A stretch of 64,000 nt of DNA from an uncultured SAR86 cluster bacterium (GCA_902608115.1 CACLMT010000003.1:40302-104301); one strand, 5' to 3'; positions 27,951 to 39,037 are shown, counted from the first letter of the stretch. Numbers and translations are program-made. Notes: a model not told the origin generated them from the sequence alone.

Positions 27951-30487
27951 TAATCTACCTCTTCTTCAGGGGGAATCCTAACCCCCTCAATCAACTTTTC
28001 TCCTTCTTTAGGGGTTATCACTTTTACACCTTGTGTATTCCTTCCTAGAACGGGGATCTGACTTATTGCAGTTCTTATAAGTGTCCCTTTATCACTGATT
28101 AACATAACTCCATCATCTTCATTAACAGCAACAGCTGAAACCATATTACCATTTCTCTCACTTGTTTTAAGAGCTATTACACCCTGCCCACCTCTATTAT
28201 AAGTAGGGAAATCTTCAAACTTAGTTTTCTTACCAAATCCATTTTCAGATAAACATAAAATTGTCTTATTCTGCTCGCCAATAAGTAAAGAAATAACTTT
28301 CATACCCTCTTTAAGCCTGATTCCTCTTACACCTCTAGCAATTCTTCCCATTGGGCGAACCCTAGATTCATGAAATCTTATTAACTTTCCAGATGAAGAA
28401 GAAAGTAAAATATCATTATCACCATCTGTTATAACTGTTCCCACCAACTTATCATCATCATCTAACCTAATTGCCTTGATACCGGATTTATATTTTTTAT
28501 GAAATAAATTTAAATTTGTTTTTTTTACAACTCCATTACGGGTTGCCATAAAGACATATTTATCTTCAGTAAATTTATCTACAGGCAAAATTTGTGTAAC
28601 AGTCTCATCATCATCTAGCTTTAACATATTAACCAACGGTCTGCCTTTAGATGTTCTACTAGCAACTGGAACTTCATAAACCTTAAGCCAAAATACTTTA
28701 CCCTTAGTAGTGAAACATAAAAGCTGGCTATGAGAACTCAAAACATATAAATTCTGAATTAAATCTTCTTCCTTTACAGATGCTCCAGCCTTTCCCACAC
28801 CACCACGTCGCTGCTCTCTATACTCATCAAGTGGTTGAGTTTTTGCGTAGCCACTTCTAGATAAAGTTAAAACACGGATTTCTTCCGGAATTAAATCTTC
28901 ATTTGAAATGTCATGACGAGTATCGTTTATATTTGTTTTTCTTTCATCTCCAAAATTTTCTCTAACTTGAATCAACTCATCTTTGATTAAAGTCAACATC
29001 GTTTGTTTATCATCTAATATTTTCTGAAGCTCTAAGATTGCTTCTAATATTTCATCAAACTCATCTGATAATTTTTCTTGCTCTAAGCCAGTTAATCTAG
29101 CTAATCTAAGCTCAAGAATTGATTTAGCCTGATCAGGAGACAGTTTGTAATTTTTTCCTTTAATTCCATAATCCTTTGAAAGATTTTTTGGTTTGCAAAC
29201 ATCTTTCCCAGCTTTTTTTAGTATTGCCTCAATAGGTCCTGCCTTCCAAGATTTCTTACATAGCTCAACGACAGCAATCTTTGGATCTTTTGATTTCTTG
29301 ATTATAGTAATCACAGAATCAATATTGGCTATTGCTACCATCAAACCCTCTACGATATGACCTCTTTCCTTAGCTTTTTTTAAATCAAATTTTGTTCTTT
29401 TGGTGACTACGTCTTTTCGATGTTTAATAAACTCTTGTAATATCTCTTTAATATTCAAAACACGTGGTTGGCCACCTACTAAAACAGTGAAATTAATTCC
29501 AAACGATTGCTCTAACTGCGACTGAGCAAATAAATTATTCTCTAAAACCTCAACTGATTCTCCCTTTTTTACCTCTATAACTACTCGCAAACCATCTTTA
29601 TCAGATTCGTCTCTAATCTCACTAATACCATCAATTTTTTTCTCTTTCACGAGTTCAGCAATTTTTTCAAGCATCCTTGCTTTATTAACCATATAAGGTA
29701 TTTCATTGATAATAAGAGAGCTTTTACCAGACTTATCTTCTTCAGTTGCAGTTTTGGCACGAACATGAATAATTCCTCTCCCTGTCTTGTATCCTTCATA
29801 TATCCCAATTCGACCATCAATTGTTCCTCCAGTTGGAAAATCAGGCCCTTTAATAACTTGAATAATTTGATCAATACTTGCCTTGGGGTTATCTAATAAC
29901 AATAAACAACCATTGAGAACTTCAGTAAGATTATGGGGAGGGACATTTGTAGCCATCCCAACTGCTATACCAGATGAGCCATTAACCAAGAGTGTTGGGA
30001 TTCTTGTCGGCATAACATCTGGAATTTGTTCTGTTCCATCATAATTTGGTGAAAAACTGACAGTATCTTTTTCTATGTCATTTAAAATCATGTCGGTTAT
30101 TTTTGCCATTCTAACTTCGGTATATCTCATGGCGGCTGGTGAATCACCATCAATAGAACCAAAATTTCCCTGTCCTTCAACCAGGGGATATCTCATAGAA
30201 AAATCTTGAGCCAACCTGACCATTGCTTCATACACAGCAGAATCACTGTGAGGATGATATTTACCTATTACATCCCCAACGACTCTGGCAGATTTTTTGT
30301 ATGATTGTCGATATGTATTTCTGAGAATATGTTGAGCGTATAGAATCCTTCTATGAACTGGTTTTAAACCATCTCTAACATCAGGTAAAGCTCTACCATG
30401 AATAACGCTCATGGCATAACTTAAATATGAGGTTTTTAACTCATCTTCAATATTTATTGGTAGGATTTCTTTGGCGAAATCGGTCAT
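27950..30487 (-). CDS. gyrA: DNA gyrase subunit A
   Basis: [23 protein letters not shown] (catalytic Tyr), GyrA-box QRRGGVG, beta-pinwheel repeats. Confidence 0.97.
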   Translation of the reverse strand: MTDFAKEILPINIEDELKTSYLSYAMSVIHGRALPDVRDGLKPVHRRILYAQHILRNTYRQSYKKSARVVGDVIGKYHPHSDSAVYEAMVRLAQDFSMRYPLVEGQGNFGSIDGDSPAAMRYTEVRMAKITDMILNDIEKDTVSFSPNYDGTEQIPDVMPTRIPTLLVNGSSGIAVGMATNVPPHNLTEVLNGCLLLLDNPKASIDQIIQVIKGPDFPTGGTIDGRIGIYEGYKTGRGIIHVRAKTATEEDKSGKSSLIINEIPYMVNKARMLEKIAELVKEKKIDGISEIRDESDKDGLRVVIEVKKGESVEVLENNLFAQSQLEQSFGINFTVLVGGQPRVLNIKEILQEFIKHRKDVVTKRTKFDLKKAKERGHIVEGLMVAIANIDSVITIIKKSKDPKIAVVELCKKSWKAGPIEAILKKAGKDVCKPKNLSKDYGIKGKNYKLSPDQAKSILELRLARLTGLEQEKLSDEFDEILEAILELQKILDDKQTMLTLIKDELIQVRENFGDERKTNINDTRHDISNEDLIPEEIRVLTLSRSGYAKTQPLDEYREQRRGGVGKAGASVKEEDLIQNLYVLSSHSQLLCFTTKGKVFWLKVYEVPVASRTSKGRPLVNMLKLDDDETVTQILPVDKFTEDKYVFMATRNGVVKKTNLNLFHKKYKSGIKAIRLDDDDKLVGTVITDGDNDILLSSSSGKLIRFHESRVRPMGRIARGVRGIRLKEGMKVISLLIGEQNKTILCLSENGFGKKTKFEDFPTYNRGGQGVIALKTSERNGNMVSAVAVNEDDGVMLISDKGTLIRTAISQIPVLGRNTQGVKVITPKEGEKLIEGVRIPPEEEVD

Positions 30488-30545
30488 TTATATAGCCTAA
30501 AAACGTTATTTTTAATATGTAGAAAAATCTCTTATTTAAGGCTAT

Positions 30546-30554
30546 ATTTTAGCA
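30546..30554 (-). promoter_or_regulatory. Extended -10 (TGcTAAAAT) candidate promoter for the gyrA-serC-...-rpsA supraoperon
   Basis: Motif in the 82-bp pntB-gyrA gap; no good -35. Confidence 0.45.
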
Positions 30555-30569
30555 TAATTCAGGGTTTTT

Positions 30570-31964
30570 TTAGTCTTTAAATTCCGAGACAATTTGACTA
30601 ATAGACTCCTTTGCGTCTCCAAATAACATTCTAGTATTTTCTTTAAAAAATAAGGGATTTTGAACGCCAGCAAAACCCGATGACATTGATCTTTTAAGTA
30701 CAAAAACTGTTTTTGCCTTATGGGTTTCTATTATTGGCATCCCGTAAATAGGACTTCCCTCCTCTTCAGTTGCAGATGGGTTCACCACATCATTTGCCCC
30801 GATTACCATTGCAACGTCAATTGAATCCATTGATGGGTTAACATCATCAGGTTCAGCGAGAAGATCATAAGAAACATTTGCTTCAGCTAACAACACATTC
30901 ATATGCCCAGGCATTCTTCCCGCAACAGGATGAATTCCATATTTAACCTCTGTCCCATTTGCTTCTAAGAGTTCTCCCATTTCTCTAACTACATGCTGAG
31001 CTTGCGCCACAGCCATACCATAACCTGGAACAACTAACACAGATGATGCATTTTCTAAGATTAAGTATGCATCATCTGCTGAAATTGGCTTAACCTCTCC
31101 CTGTTCCTCAGAAAAAGATGAGGAGGAGGAAGTTGATGCATAACCAACGAATAAAATATTACCAATGGTTCTATTCATTGCCTTGGCCATAATAATTGTA
31201 AGTATTAAACCACTAGCACCAACTAATGAACCTGCAACAATAAGAACATTATTCAGAAGCAATAATCCTGCAAAAGCTGCAGCAATGCCAGAAAAAGAAT
31301 TTAATAAAGAAATAACTACTGGCATATCGCCACCTCCAATAGGCATTACAAAACCCAGTCCTGCTATTAAAGTTAATCCTAGAAAAATAAAGAAATAAGA
31401 AGAAAATTGGGGTATGAACTGAGATATAAATGGTTCACAAATAACATAAAGTAAAGCAGGAAAACTTAAATAAAAAAAAGATATCAAAATATTTGTAATC
31501 CATGACCCTTTTCCAAGCTTCAATATCTCTGAAAGCTTTCCATATGCAACCAATGATCCGGCAAAAGTTATTCCACCAATATAAACCGTTAACATTATCA
31601 AAACATGTTGAAAGAAACTGTTATTTGGAGAATTAAATTGAGACCATGCAATCAAGAAAGTTGCTAAACCTCCAAACCCATTAAATAAAGCAACCATTTC
31701 TGGAATTGCTGTCATCTTAACTTTTATAGCTATTAAGGATCCTATAAATCCACCAAGTAATATTCCTGAAATTATAATTTTTATATCAATGCCTAAGTTA
31801 AGACACGTGATACCAACCGCTAAAAACATCGCTATGGCTGATAAATAATTCCCCCTAACAGCAGTAGCTTCTTTCCCAAGCATTTTGATACCAAAAATAA
31901 AAAGAATAGAAGATGCAATATAAACAATATTTTGTATCGCGCTTACGTTAGTAATCGAATCCAT
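30570..31964 (-). CDS. pntB: NAD(P) transhydrogenase beta subunit
   Basis: PEMVALFNGFGG, GGGDMPVVISLLNS, VPGYGMAVAQAQH, HPVAGRMPGHMNVLLAEA; ATG at 31964 (MDSITN) preferred. Confidence 0.95.
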   Translation of the reverse strand: MDSITNVSAIQNIVYIASSILFIFGIKMLGKEATAVRGNYLSAIAMFLAVGITCLNLGIDIKIIISGILLGGFIGSLIAIKVKMTAIPEMVALFNGFGGLATFLIAWSQFNSPNNSFFQHVLIMLTVYIGGITFAGSLVAYGKLSEILKLGKGSWITNILISFFYLSFPALLYVICEPFISQFIPQFSSYFFIFLGLTLIAGLGFVMPIGGGDMPVVISLLNSFSGIAAAFAGLLLLNNVLIVAGSLVGASGLILTIIMAKAMNRTIGNILFVGYASTSSSSSFSEEQGEVKPISADDAYLILENASSVLVVPGYGMAVAQAQHVVREMGELLEANGTEVKYGIHPVAGRMPGHMNVLLAEANVSYDLLAEPDDVNPSMDSIDVAMVIGANDVVNPSATEEEGSPIYGMPIIETHKAKTVFVLKRSMSSGFAGVQNPLFFKENTRMLFGDAKESISQIVSEFKD

Positions 31965-31968
31965 AAAA

Positions 31969-32241
31969 TTACTTCTTCTTAAACATGCTAAGCATTCTAT
32001 TGGTAACCAGATAGCCTCCAAAAACATTAATGGAAGCAAATAGAATTGCTCCAAATGCTAAGATAGTTTGAGTTTGATCTTCTGAAGAAAGCATTAAAGC
32101 ACCTACTAATGCAATTCCAGATATTGCATTTGCACCTGACATAAGAGGAGTATGAAGGGTGCTTGGAACTTTTGATATAAGCTCAAGACCAAGAAATATA
32201 GATAGAAGCAATACAAATCCTAATAAAACATATATTTCCAT
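31969..32241 (-). CDS. pntAB: NAD(P) transhydrogenase alpha-2 (membrane) subunit
   Basis: KVPSTLHTPLMSGANAISG, NVFGGYLVTNRML. Confidence 0.93.
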   Translation of the reverse strand: MEIYVLLGFVLLLSIFLGLELISKVPSTLHTPLMSGANAISGIALVGALMLSSEDQTQTILAFGAILFASINVFGGYLVTNRMLSMFKKK

Positions 32242-33362
32242 TATATAAACCTCTCATTTTTAATTTCACCATCATAAACCAACACACTGTTTTGAATAAT
32301 TTCATCTTCAAAGTCAAAGTTTATAGACCCTAATTCAAGATTATAAAAGTCTGTAATCCAATTAATAATATTATTGGAAAGAGAAAATGAGGCATGATTT
32401 GAAACCTTTGAAGACAGATTTGAAATACCAACAATTTTAACTCCATTCATATCAATAACTTCATCGACTTGTGAGCCCTCAACATTACCACCAGTCTCTA
32501 CAGCCATATCTAAAATTACACTTCCAGGTTTCATTTTTCTAATTGTGTCTCTATCAATTATTTTTGGAGCAGGTCTCCCAAAAATTTGTGCAGTTGTAAT
32601 AACTATATTTGATCTTTCACAAACTAAACTTTGTAATTCTTTTTGCTTTTCAATTTGTTCAGAAGTCAGTTCTTTTGCATAACCCTGGTCAGTTTCACCC
32701 GTTTCACCTAAATCAATTTTTACAAACTTGGCACCCAAAGACTTAACCTGTTCCTCAACTATATCTCTTGTATCGAACGCTTCTACTCTTGCCCCTAGCC
32801 TCTTTGCTGTAGCTATAGCTTGTAATCCTGCTACCCCAACTCCAATAACAAACACCTTGGCTGGTTTAAGAGTTCCAGCAGCGGTCATCATCATTGGAAA
32901 CGATGAATTTAAATATCTTGCAGCTTCCAATACTGCAGCATAACCAGCAAGATTAGCTTGTGAACTCAATACATCCATTTTCTGAGCTCTTGTAATTCTT
33001 GGAATAAACTCCATGCTAACTGCATTTACATTTGCTTTAGCTAATAGCTTTAATTCATCTTGTGCATAAAAAGGATTTAACATACCAATGACTGAACTCC
33101 CGACTTGAATTAGACCTACATCTTCACGATTCAAGGGAGAGGGAGTAATTATCATATTAGATGTCGATAAGCACTCTTCTCTAGATGACGATATTAATCC
33201 TAGATTAATAAGCTCTTCATCGGACACATTAATCCCTGCACAAATTCCAGTTTCAAATTTAACTGAAATGCCTTCCAACTCAGTTAATCTTGATATTGTT
33301 TCTGGATGAATAACTGATCGAAGGTCTTTTAAGTCAGAAGGTTTTAATGCTGATATGATCAT
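32241..33362 (-). CDS. pntAA: NAD(P) transhydrogenase alpha-1 (dI) subunit
   Basis: IPRITRAQKMDVLSSQANLAGY, GVGVAGLQAIATAKRLGA, ITTAQIFGRPAP. Confidence 0.94.
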   Translation of the reverse strand: MIISALKPSDLKDLRSVIHPETISRLTELEGISVKFETGICAGINVSDEELINLGLISSSREECLSTSNMIITPSPLNREDVGLIQVGSSVIGMLNPFYAQDELKLLAKANVNAVSMEFIPRITRAQKMDVLSSQANLAGYAAVLEAARYLNSSFPMMMTAAGTLKPAKVFVIGVGVAGLQAIATAKRLGARVEAFDTRDIVEEQVKSLGAKFVKIDLGETGETDQGYAKELTSEQIEKQKELQSLVCERSNIVITTAQIFGRPAPKIIDRDTIRKMKPGSVILDMAVETGGNVEGSQVDEVIDMNGVKIVGISNLSSKVSNHASFSLSNNIINWITDFYNLELGSINFDFEDEIIQNSVLVYDGEIKNERFI

Positions 33363-33400
33363 AGAAAATATTGTATGTCAGTTTCTTTATATTCAGAATT

Positions 33401-34174
33401 TTATAAATTTAAACTAACTCCCCCATCAACAGTAATGATCTGACCTGTAACAAGGCTAGAGTTATCAATCAGACTAAATATCACTTCAGAAATTGATTCA
33501 GGAGTACAAGTTTTTTTTAAAGGGGCTGTATTTTCTATATGACTCTTTGTGGCTTCATACACCTCATGACCCATGCCATTTTTTAACCATTCACCTTCTA
33601 TAAAACCAGGGCAAATTGCATTTACTCTAATGGGGCCAAGGTTTCTAGCCATAGATAAAGTCATTGTATTCAAAGCCCCTTTTGAAGAAGCGTAAGCAAT
33701 AGAGCTACCAATTCCCTTAATTCCTGCAATTGAAGAAATATTTACAATACTAGGATTATTACTTTTTAATAAAAAAAATTTTGCTGCTTTCACCATTTGG
33801 AATGGCCCTATAAGATTCACTAAATAAATACTTTGAAAGTCTTCAGCATTTAATAAATCAAGATTGGAATGATCCCATGCAAATTTTGTTGTACCCGCAT
33901 TATTCACTAAAGCATCTATTCTTCCCCATTTTTTAATCGCAGCATCAATTGTATTAATGCAATCATCATTGCTTGCTACGTCTGCTTTCATTGCAATTAC
34001 TTCTGAAGATTCAGACGTGCATTCTTGAGCAACAATATTGGCATCTTCTATAGATGAAGAGCAAGTAATAACAACATTCCAACCTTTAGAAGAAAGATTT
34101 TTAGCTGTCGCTGCACCAACTCCTCTGCTACCACCTGTAACTATTGCAACTGGATTATCTGACATAACTAACAC
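33401..34174 (-). CDS. Short-chain dehydrogenase/reductase
   Basis: TGGSRGVG, NNAG, YASSK, RVNAICPG. Confidence 0.9.
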   Translation of the reverse strand: MLVMSDNPVAIVTGGSRGVGAATAKNLSSKGWNVVITCSSSIEDANIVAQECTSESSEVIAMKADVASNDDCINTIDAAIKKWGRIDALVNNAGTTKFAWDHSNLDLLNAEDFQSIYLVNLIGPFQMVKAAKFFLLKSNNPSIVNISSIAGIKGIGSSIAYASSKGALNTMTLSMARNLGPIRVNAICPGFIEGEWLKNGMGHEVYEATKSHIENTAPLKKTCTPESISEVIFSLIDNSSLVTGQIITVDGGVSLNL

Positions 34175-34247
34175 TCCATGGTATAAAAATATTAACTATT
34201 CTTGCATGCAATGATGTAATCTTCCACTTTTAGAAAATAAACATTGT

Positions 34248-34949
34248 ATGAAACAAAATATTGATCAAAATGAAGTAAATAAATTTGAAGCTATTGCAGA
34301 GAGTTGGTGGGATCCATTGGGAGATTTTAAACCTCTACATGTGATTAATCCTGTAAGGGCAAATTATATTAACAATAAAGCTCCATTAAATGGGTTGAAA
34401 GCTTTAGATGTGGGCTGTGGTGGTGGCCTGTTAGCGGAAGCCCTAGATTCAAGAGGTGCACAAGTTACTGCAATTGATGTATCCGAAGCAAATATAGAGA
34501 TAGCTAAATTACATGCAAAGAAAGAAAAAAAAGAAATAAATTATCAACACATTACAGTTGAAGAATTAGCCAATATTAACATTGAGCATTTTGATGTTGT
34601 TACATGTTTAGAGGTAGTTGAACATGTTCCTGATCCTAGCAAACTAATTTTATCTTGTGTACAGCTATTAAAACCTAAAGGTCAATTATTCCTATCTACC
34701 TTGAATAGAAACCCTAGATCCTTTATTACAGCTATATTAGGTGCAGAATATATTTTTAATATTCTGCCTAAAGGCACTCACGAATGGAATAAATTTATTA
34801 AGCCTTCAGAATTAGAAAAATACATGCGCTTAGCAGGGGTAAAGTTAGTAGAAAGCAAGGGTATGTCTTATAACCCTATTTTGCACACCGCTAATCTCAA
34901 TGATGATTTGGGGGTAAATTACATAATGCATGGAACTAAAAATGCCTAA
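34248..34949 (+). CDS. ubiG: Ubiquinone biosynthesis O-methyltransferase
   Basis: WWDP.G.FKPLH.INP.R, LDVGCGGGLL, CLEVVEHVPDP, AEYI...LPKGTH. Confidence 0.95.
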   Translation: MKQNIDQNEVNKFEAIAESWWDPLGDFKPLHVINPVRANYINNKAPLNGLKALDVGCGGGLLAEALDSRGAQVTAIDVSEANIEIAKLHAKKEKKEINYQHITVEELANINIEHFDVVTCLEVVEHVPDPSKLILSCVQLLKPKGQLFLSTLNRNPRSFITAILGAEYIFNILPKGTHEWNKFIKPSELEKYMRLAGVKLVESKGMSYNPILHTANLNDDLGVNYIMHGTKNA

Positions 34950-35592
34950 AGGAGTCCTATTTGATCTAGATGGAACCCTTCTAGATTCAGCGCCTGATTT
35001 TATAGTAAGTTTAAATAATTTATTAAAAAAATATGGAAAACCCAAATTAGACTCAGAAATTATTCGTACAAATGTTTCTGATGGAAGTTGGAAGTTAATT
35101 AGTTTGGGTTTTCAAATTGAGAGATCCCATAAAGATTGCAAAAAATTAAGAGAGGAATTATTAAATGAGTATGAAAGAAACTTACTGGCCTATGGAGGGG
35201 TTTTTGACGGAGTATCAGACATACTTGAATCATTAAAATTATCAAATATTCCTTATGGGATTGTAACAAATAAGCCTTTGAGGTTTGCTAAATCAATTAT
35301 AAAAAAGGAAATAGTTTTTGAGGATTGTAAAGCTCTAATATGTTCTGATCATTTAACGAATATGAAGCCCGATCCAGAAGGTATTTTAAAGGGATGTAAA
35401 GAGCTTGGAATTCACCCTGCTGAATGTGTCTATGTAGGAGATCACATAAATGATTTAGAGGCTGGAATAAATGCAGGAACTAAAATTCTTGCTTGTTATT
35501 ATGGTTATTCACTAAATCAAGGCCGTCATGCAAGACATATCATGGGAGCTAATCAACCTCGAGACCTTATTAAACTAATTGCCTCTTTATGA
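34942..35592 (+). CDS. HAD phosphatase (Gph/MupP-like)
   Basis: FDLDGTLLDS, VTNKP, KPDP, YVGD; the ubiG-HAD-yciK order matches the Pseudomonas mupP locus. Confidence 0.85.
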   Translation: MPKGVLFDLDGTLLDSAPDFIVSLNNLLKKYGKPKLDSEIIRTNVSDGSWKLISLGFQIERSHKDCKKLREELLNEYERNLLAYGGVFDGVSDILESLKLSNIPYGIVTNKPLRFAKSIIKKEIVFEDCKALICSDHLTNMKPDPEGILKGCKELGIHPAECVYVGDHINDLEAGINAGTKILACYYGYSLNQGRHARHIMGANQPRDLIKLIASL

Positions 35593-36341
35593 AAATAGAT
35601 CTAGTAAATAAAACAATTCTTATTACTGGATCATCAGATGGAATTGGTAAAATGTTAGCTATAGAACTTTCTAAGCTTGGCGCTAATATTATTTTACTGG
35701 GTAGAAATCAAAAAAAATTAAATAATGTTTACGATCAATTAAATACTTCAACTTCTCTTCAAAAACATCTAATTATAGAGACTGATCTCAATACATTAAA
35801 TAATATAACAGCAGATGAAATGTTTATTGCAATTAACCAAGAATTTAATGATATAGATGGTTTAATCCATAATGCTGCAATTCTTGGAACAATGACCCCT
35901 TTAAGAGATTACGACATGTCCATATGGAATCAAGTAATCCAAACCAATCTAACAGCGCCATTTCTTTTAACTAAGGCTTTATTACCAATGCTAGCTACCT
36001 CATCCTTGCCAAGAATTATTTTTACGTCTTCAGGAGTTGCAAATATAGGTAAAAGTTTTTGGGGGGCCTATTCTGTTTCAAAATTTGGACTAAAGGGTTT
36101 GGCAGAAATTTTTGCTGATGAACTTGAGTCAACATCTCCAATCAAAGTTTTTAATTTTGATCCTGGTCCTACTAGAACTAATATGAGAGCTTCAGCTTAT
36201 CCAGCAGAAGATCCTAATAAAGTAAAGCCTACATTTGAATTGTTAAATTGTTATTTATGGTTTTTTAGCAAAGAAAGCATAGAAAGTAATGAAAATTATT
36301 TTGAATTCTCTGATCTATCTAAGAAAGTGAATTCCACATAA
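35589..36341 (+). CDS. yciK: YciK-like SDR oxidoreductase
   Basis: ITGSSDGIG, HNAAILG, WGAYSVSK, PGPTRTNMRASAYPAEDP. Confidence 0.85.
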   Translation: MKIDLVNKTILITGSSDGIGKMLAIELSKLGANIILLGRNQKKLNNVYDQLNTSTSLQKHLIIETDLNTLNNITADEMFIAINQEFNDIDGLIHNAAILGTMTPLRDYDMSIWNQVIQTNLTAPFLLTKALLPMLATSSLPRIIFTSSGVANIGKSFWGAYSVSKFGLKGLAEIFADELESTSPIKVFNFDPGPTRTNMRASAYPAEDPNKVKPTFELLNCYLWFFSKESIESNENYFEFSDLSKKVNST

Positions 36342-36903
36342 ATAAACTTAAATATGTTCTCCAGGGTTTAAAAACCTCATAAAAAGATTTGTCTAGCTTG
36401 TGCTCTGGAAAAAGCTTTTCATGAGCATGTTTAATGCCAAGATCGTTAATAGGGAATATATCTGAATCACCTAAATAAAACATTCTTGCCATGTGGACCG
36501 ACCATGGCCCTATTCCATAATTTGACAGTAACAGTTTTTCAAATTCTTCTTTGGGCATACTAATCAAAGCTTGCCTATCAAATTCTAATAGCTTTTTATT
36601 CTCTAAAAGACCTAATACATATCTTGTTTTAGACTGAGATAAGCCTGCTGTTTGAAGAAGCATATTAAAATCAACTAATTCATGATTTTCTTCAATAACT
36701 TTATGTACTCTTTTCCAAATTGTGTCAGCTGCTTTAGTGGAAAGTTGCTGACTTACAACAACTGAAATTAAATAATAAGTAAATGACAAAGAAGAAATTC
36801 TTATTTTTATTGGCTCAGACTTGTTCAAGTGATCTTCTAATTTATTAAAATTATTTTGTTTTGCTATTTTTAACAAGCTTCTAAAAGCTTCATTACTTTC
36901 CAT
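36319..36903 (-). CDS. DNA-3-methyladenine glycosylase, AlkA/HhH-GPD family
   Basis: VSQQLSTKAA, GLSxxK, GIGPWS HhH, DIFPINDLG, W.PWR. Confidence 0.85.
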   Translation of the reverse strand: MESNEAFRSLLKIAKQNNFNKLEDHLNKSEPIKIRISSLSFTYYLISVVVSQQLSTKAADTIWKRVHKVIEENHELVDFNMLLQTAGLSQSKTRYVLGLLENKKLLEFDRQALISMPKEEFEKLLLSNYGIGPWSVHMARMFYLGDSDIFPINDLGIKHAHEKLFPEHKLDKSFYEVFKPWRTYLSLFMWNSLS

Positions 36904-37615
36904 ATTTTTTAAGTTGCTCTATCTGAGATTCAGTTAGACGTAAGTATGTGCCTTCTTTAAGAGTAGACGGTAAAAAAATTGGGCCAATACGCACCCTCTT
37001 TAATCGACTGACTTGTAAATCTTGCGATTGAAATATCTTTCTCACTTCTCTGTTTTTCCCTGTTAGCATACAAACAGTAAACCATTGATTGGAACTTTTC
37101 TTTTCACCTATTACTATGTCAGAAAATTTATAAATCTGACCTTCAATTTTTACTCCAGACAGCATATTTTGTCTAATTTGTTCATCAAAATGTCCTCTTG
37201 CCCTTACTAAATATTCACGATCAATTTGATATGAAGGGTGCATTAATTGATGAGCCAAAGTTCCATCATTTGTAAACAGCATAAGTCCTGAGGTATTAAT
37301 ATCTAATCTACCAACAGCAATCCATTCAGGCTCATCATTAGTGTTGGGTAAAAAATCAAAAACTATTTCAATCTTTTTCTCTCGTTTTCTAGAAGACAAA
37401 ACTCCTGGAGGCTTATTTAACATAATTACTTTGAGTTCAGAGAACTGAAAAATAATCCTCTTTCCTTCGTAGCTTACTTCGTCGTCTTCAGAAACTTTTG
37501 CTCCCAATAAAGCAATAGATCCATTAATGGTAATTTTTCTATCTTTGATAAGTTTCTCACAGTATCTTCTTGAGCCTAGCCCTGATTGGGCTAAGAATTT
37601 CTGCAGACGCAGCAT
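36893..37615 (-). CDS. rluB: 23S rRNA pseudouridine synthase B
   Basis: S4 domain RLQKFLA..G.GSRR, VGRLDINTSGL, LMHPS, GKNREVR; follows scpAB. Confidence 0.92.
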   Translation of the reverse strand: MLRLQKFLAQSGLGSRRYCEKLIKDRKITINGSIALLGAKVSEDDEVSYEGKRIIFQFSELKVIMLNKPPGVLSSRKREKKIEIVFDFLPNTNDEPEWIAVGRLDINTSGLMLFTNDGTLAHQLMHPSYQIDREYLVRARGHFDEQIRQNMLSGVKIEGQIYKFSDIVIGEKKSSNQWFTVCMLTGKNREVRKIFQSQDLQVSRLKRVRIGPIFLPSTLKEGTYLRLTESQIEQLKKYGK

Positions 37616-37619
37616 GTTC

Positions 37620-38183
37620 TTAACCTACTTCTAATTGATCTAAAGTCGCTTCAACTTGTAGAGCTTCTGGTAAGGCGGGTAAATCATTTATTGATTTTAG
37701 GTTAAGATCATTAAGAAATGTTTTAGTTGTCTCATATAGTACTGGTCTACCTGGAACATCTCTATAACCAACCGCTTTGATCCAATCTCTATCTAATAAA
37801 GATCTCATAATTTGGGTGCTAGCACTTACACCTCGAATCTCTTCAATATCTCCTCTAGTCACCGGTTGCTTATAGGCAATTATTGAAATTGTTTCCATTA
37901 GAGCGTTAGAAAGCTTATGTGAGCTATCATGCCAAAGAGGATATAGAAAATCACCATACTCATTTCTAATTTGTAAGCGATAACCAGATGCTACTTCTTT
38001 TAATTCAAGAGAACTAGAGATATATCGATCCTCTATTTCATTGAGGGCAACTTTAATATTAGGTAAATCTATGTCCATACTTTGAGATCCAAGTAAGGCT
38101 TTAATCTCTGATATTCTCAATGGACGTCCAGCCCCAAAGAGAATAGATTCAACAACATTTATTAAATTTTCAGGAAAATTCAT
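37620..38183 (-). CDS. scpB: SMC-Scp complex subunit ScpB
   Basis: ESILF, EVASGYRLQ, LMETISIIAYKQPVTRGDIEEIRGV, PGRP.LY.TT. Confidence 0.95.
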   Translation of the reverse strand: MNFPENLINVVESILFGAGRPLRISEIKALLGSQSMDIDLPNIKVALNEIEDRYISSSLELKEVASGYRLQIRNEYGDFLYPLWHDSSHKLSNALMETISIIAYKQPVTRGDIEEIRGVSASTQIMRSLLDRDWIKAVGYRDVPGRPVLYETTKTFLNDLNLKSINDLPALPEALQVEATLDQLEVG

Positions 38184-38978
38184 TTAATGAAATCCTCGAT
38201 TGACAGATTTAAGATAAAGTTGATTTGAATCTTTATTTTGAATGAGCTCAACAAGACCATCCTTAGCAAGATCTAATGATGCTAAAAGAGAAACCGCAAC
38301 CCCTTGATGACCCTCTGATTTTTGAAAAATTTGAAAAAACTGAACTATATTTCTTTTTTTAAAAATAGATAGAATCAAAGCAATTCTTTCTTGAGTAGAA
38401 AGCTCTTCAAAATGTATTTGGTGATTTTCCTTAAATCTTGGTCGTGTTGATACTTTATAAAAAATATCAGTAATATCATTAGCATTAATTTCAACTTGAG
38501 GTTGTTGATCTTTAAATTTTGGCAATGCTGCTGATGCAAGAAAAAAATCTCTATCCACTCTTGGAAGATTTGAAACAGATTCTGAAACACTTTTATACCT
38601 TTGATATTCCTGTAATCTTCTAATCAATTCTGAACGCGGATCCATCTCCTCATCTTCTTCCTCAGATTGAGGAATCAACATTCTAGATTTAATATGTGCT
38701 AGCGTTGCTGCCATTACAAGATAATCAGCAGCAAGTTCAATTTTTAAAACATCCATAAATTCAATATATTGAATGTACTGATCCGTGATCTCTGAAATAT
38801 CTAATTCTAGAATATCAATATCTTTTTTCTGGATCAGATAAAGCAGCACATCCATCGGACCAGAAAAATCTTCTAAATAAATTTCTAATGCTTCAGGAGG
38901 AATAAATAAATCTTCAGGTAATCGAGTTAAAGCCTCGCCTTTTAAAAGAGGAAAATCTAGTTGTGATCGAGCCTTCAT
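38184..38978 (-). CDS. scpA: Segregation/condensation kleisin ScpA
   Basis: PEDLFIPPEAL, FSGPMDVLLYLI, AADYLVMAA..IKSRML, DPRSELIRRL.EY. Confidence 0.95.
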   Translation of the reverse strand: MKARSQLDFPLLKGEALTRLPEDLFIPPEALEIYLEDFSGPMDVLLYLIQKKDIDILELDISEITDQYIQYIEFMDVLKIELAADYLVMAATLAHIKSRMLIPQSEEEDEEMDPRSELIRRLQEYQRYKSVSESVSNLPRVDRDFFLASAALPKFKDQQPQVEINANDITDIFYKVSTRPRFKENHQIHFEELSTQERIALILSIFKKRNIVQFFQIFQKSEGHQGVAVSLLASLDLAKDGLVELIQNKDSNQLYLKSVNRGFH

Positions 38979-38989
38979 AAGTTCAATTA

Positions 38990-39037
38990 GTACAAGATAG
39001 TGTAATTATAAGTCGTTTTTAATACAACATCTTGTGT
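38990..39037. promoter_or_regulatory. Tandem NrdR-box-like sites flanking a minus-strand TATAAT (39005-39010)
   Basis: ATACAACATCTTGTGT (39022-39037) and the weaker GTACAAGATAGTGTAA (38990-39005), 32 bp apart, versus consensus acaCwAtATaTwGtgt. Confidence 0.6.

Noticed and set aside
30490..30547. 9-bp inverted repeat ATATAGCCT/AGGCTATAT upstream of gyrA as an RBS-sequestering hairpin
   Set aside because: Arms are 40 nt apart, AT-rich, and one arm overlaps the predicted -10/start region so would mostly not be transcribed
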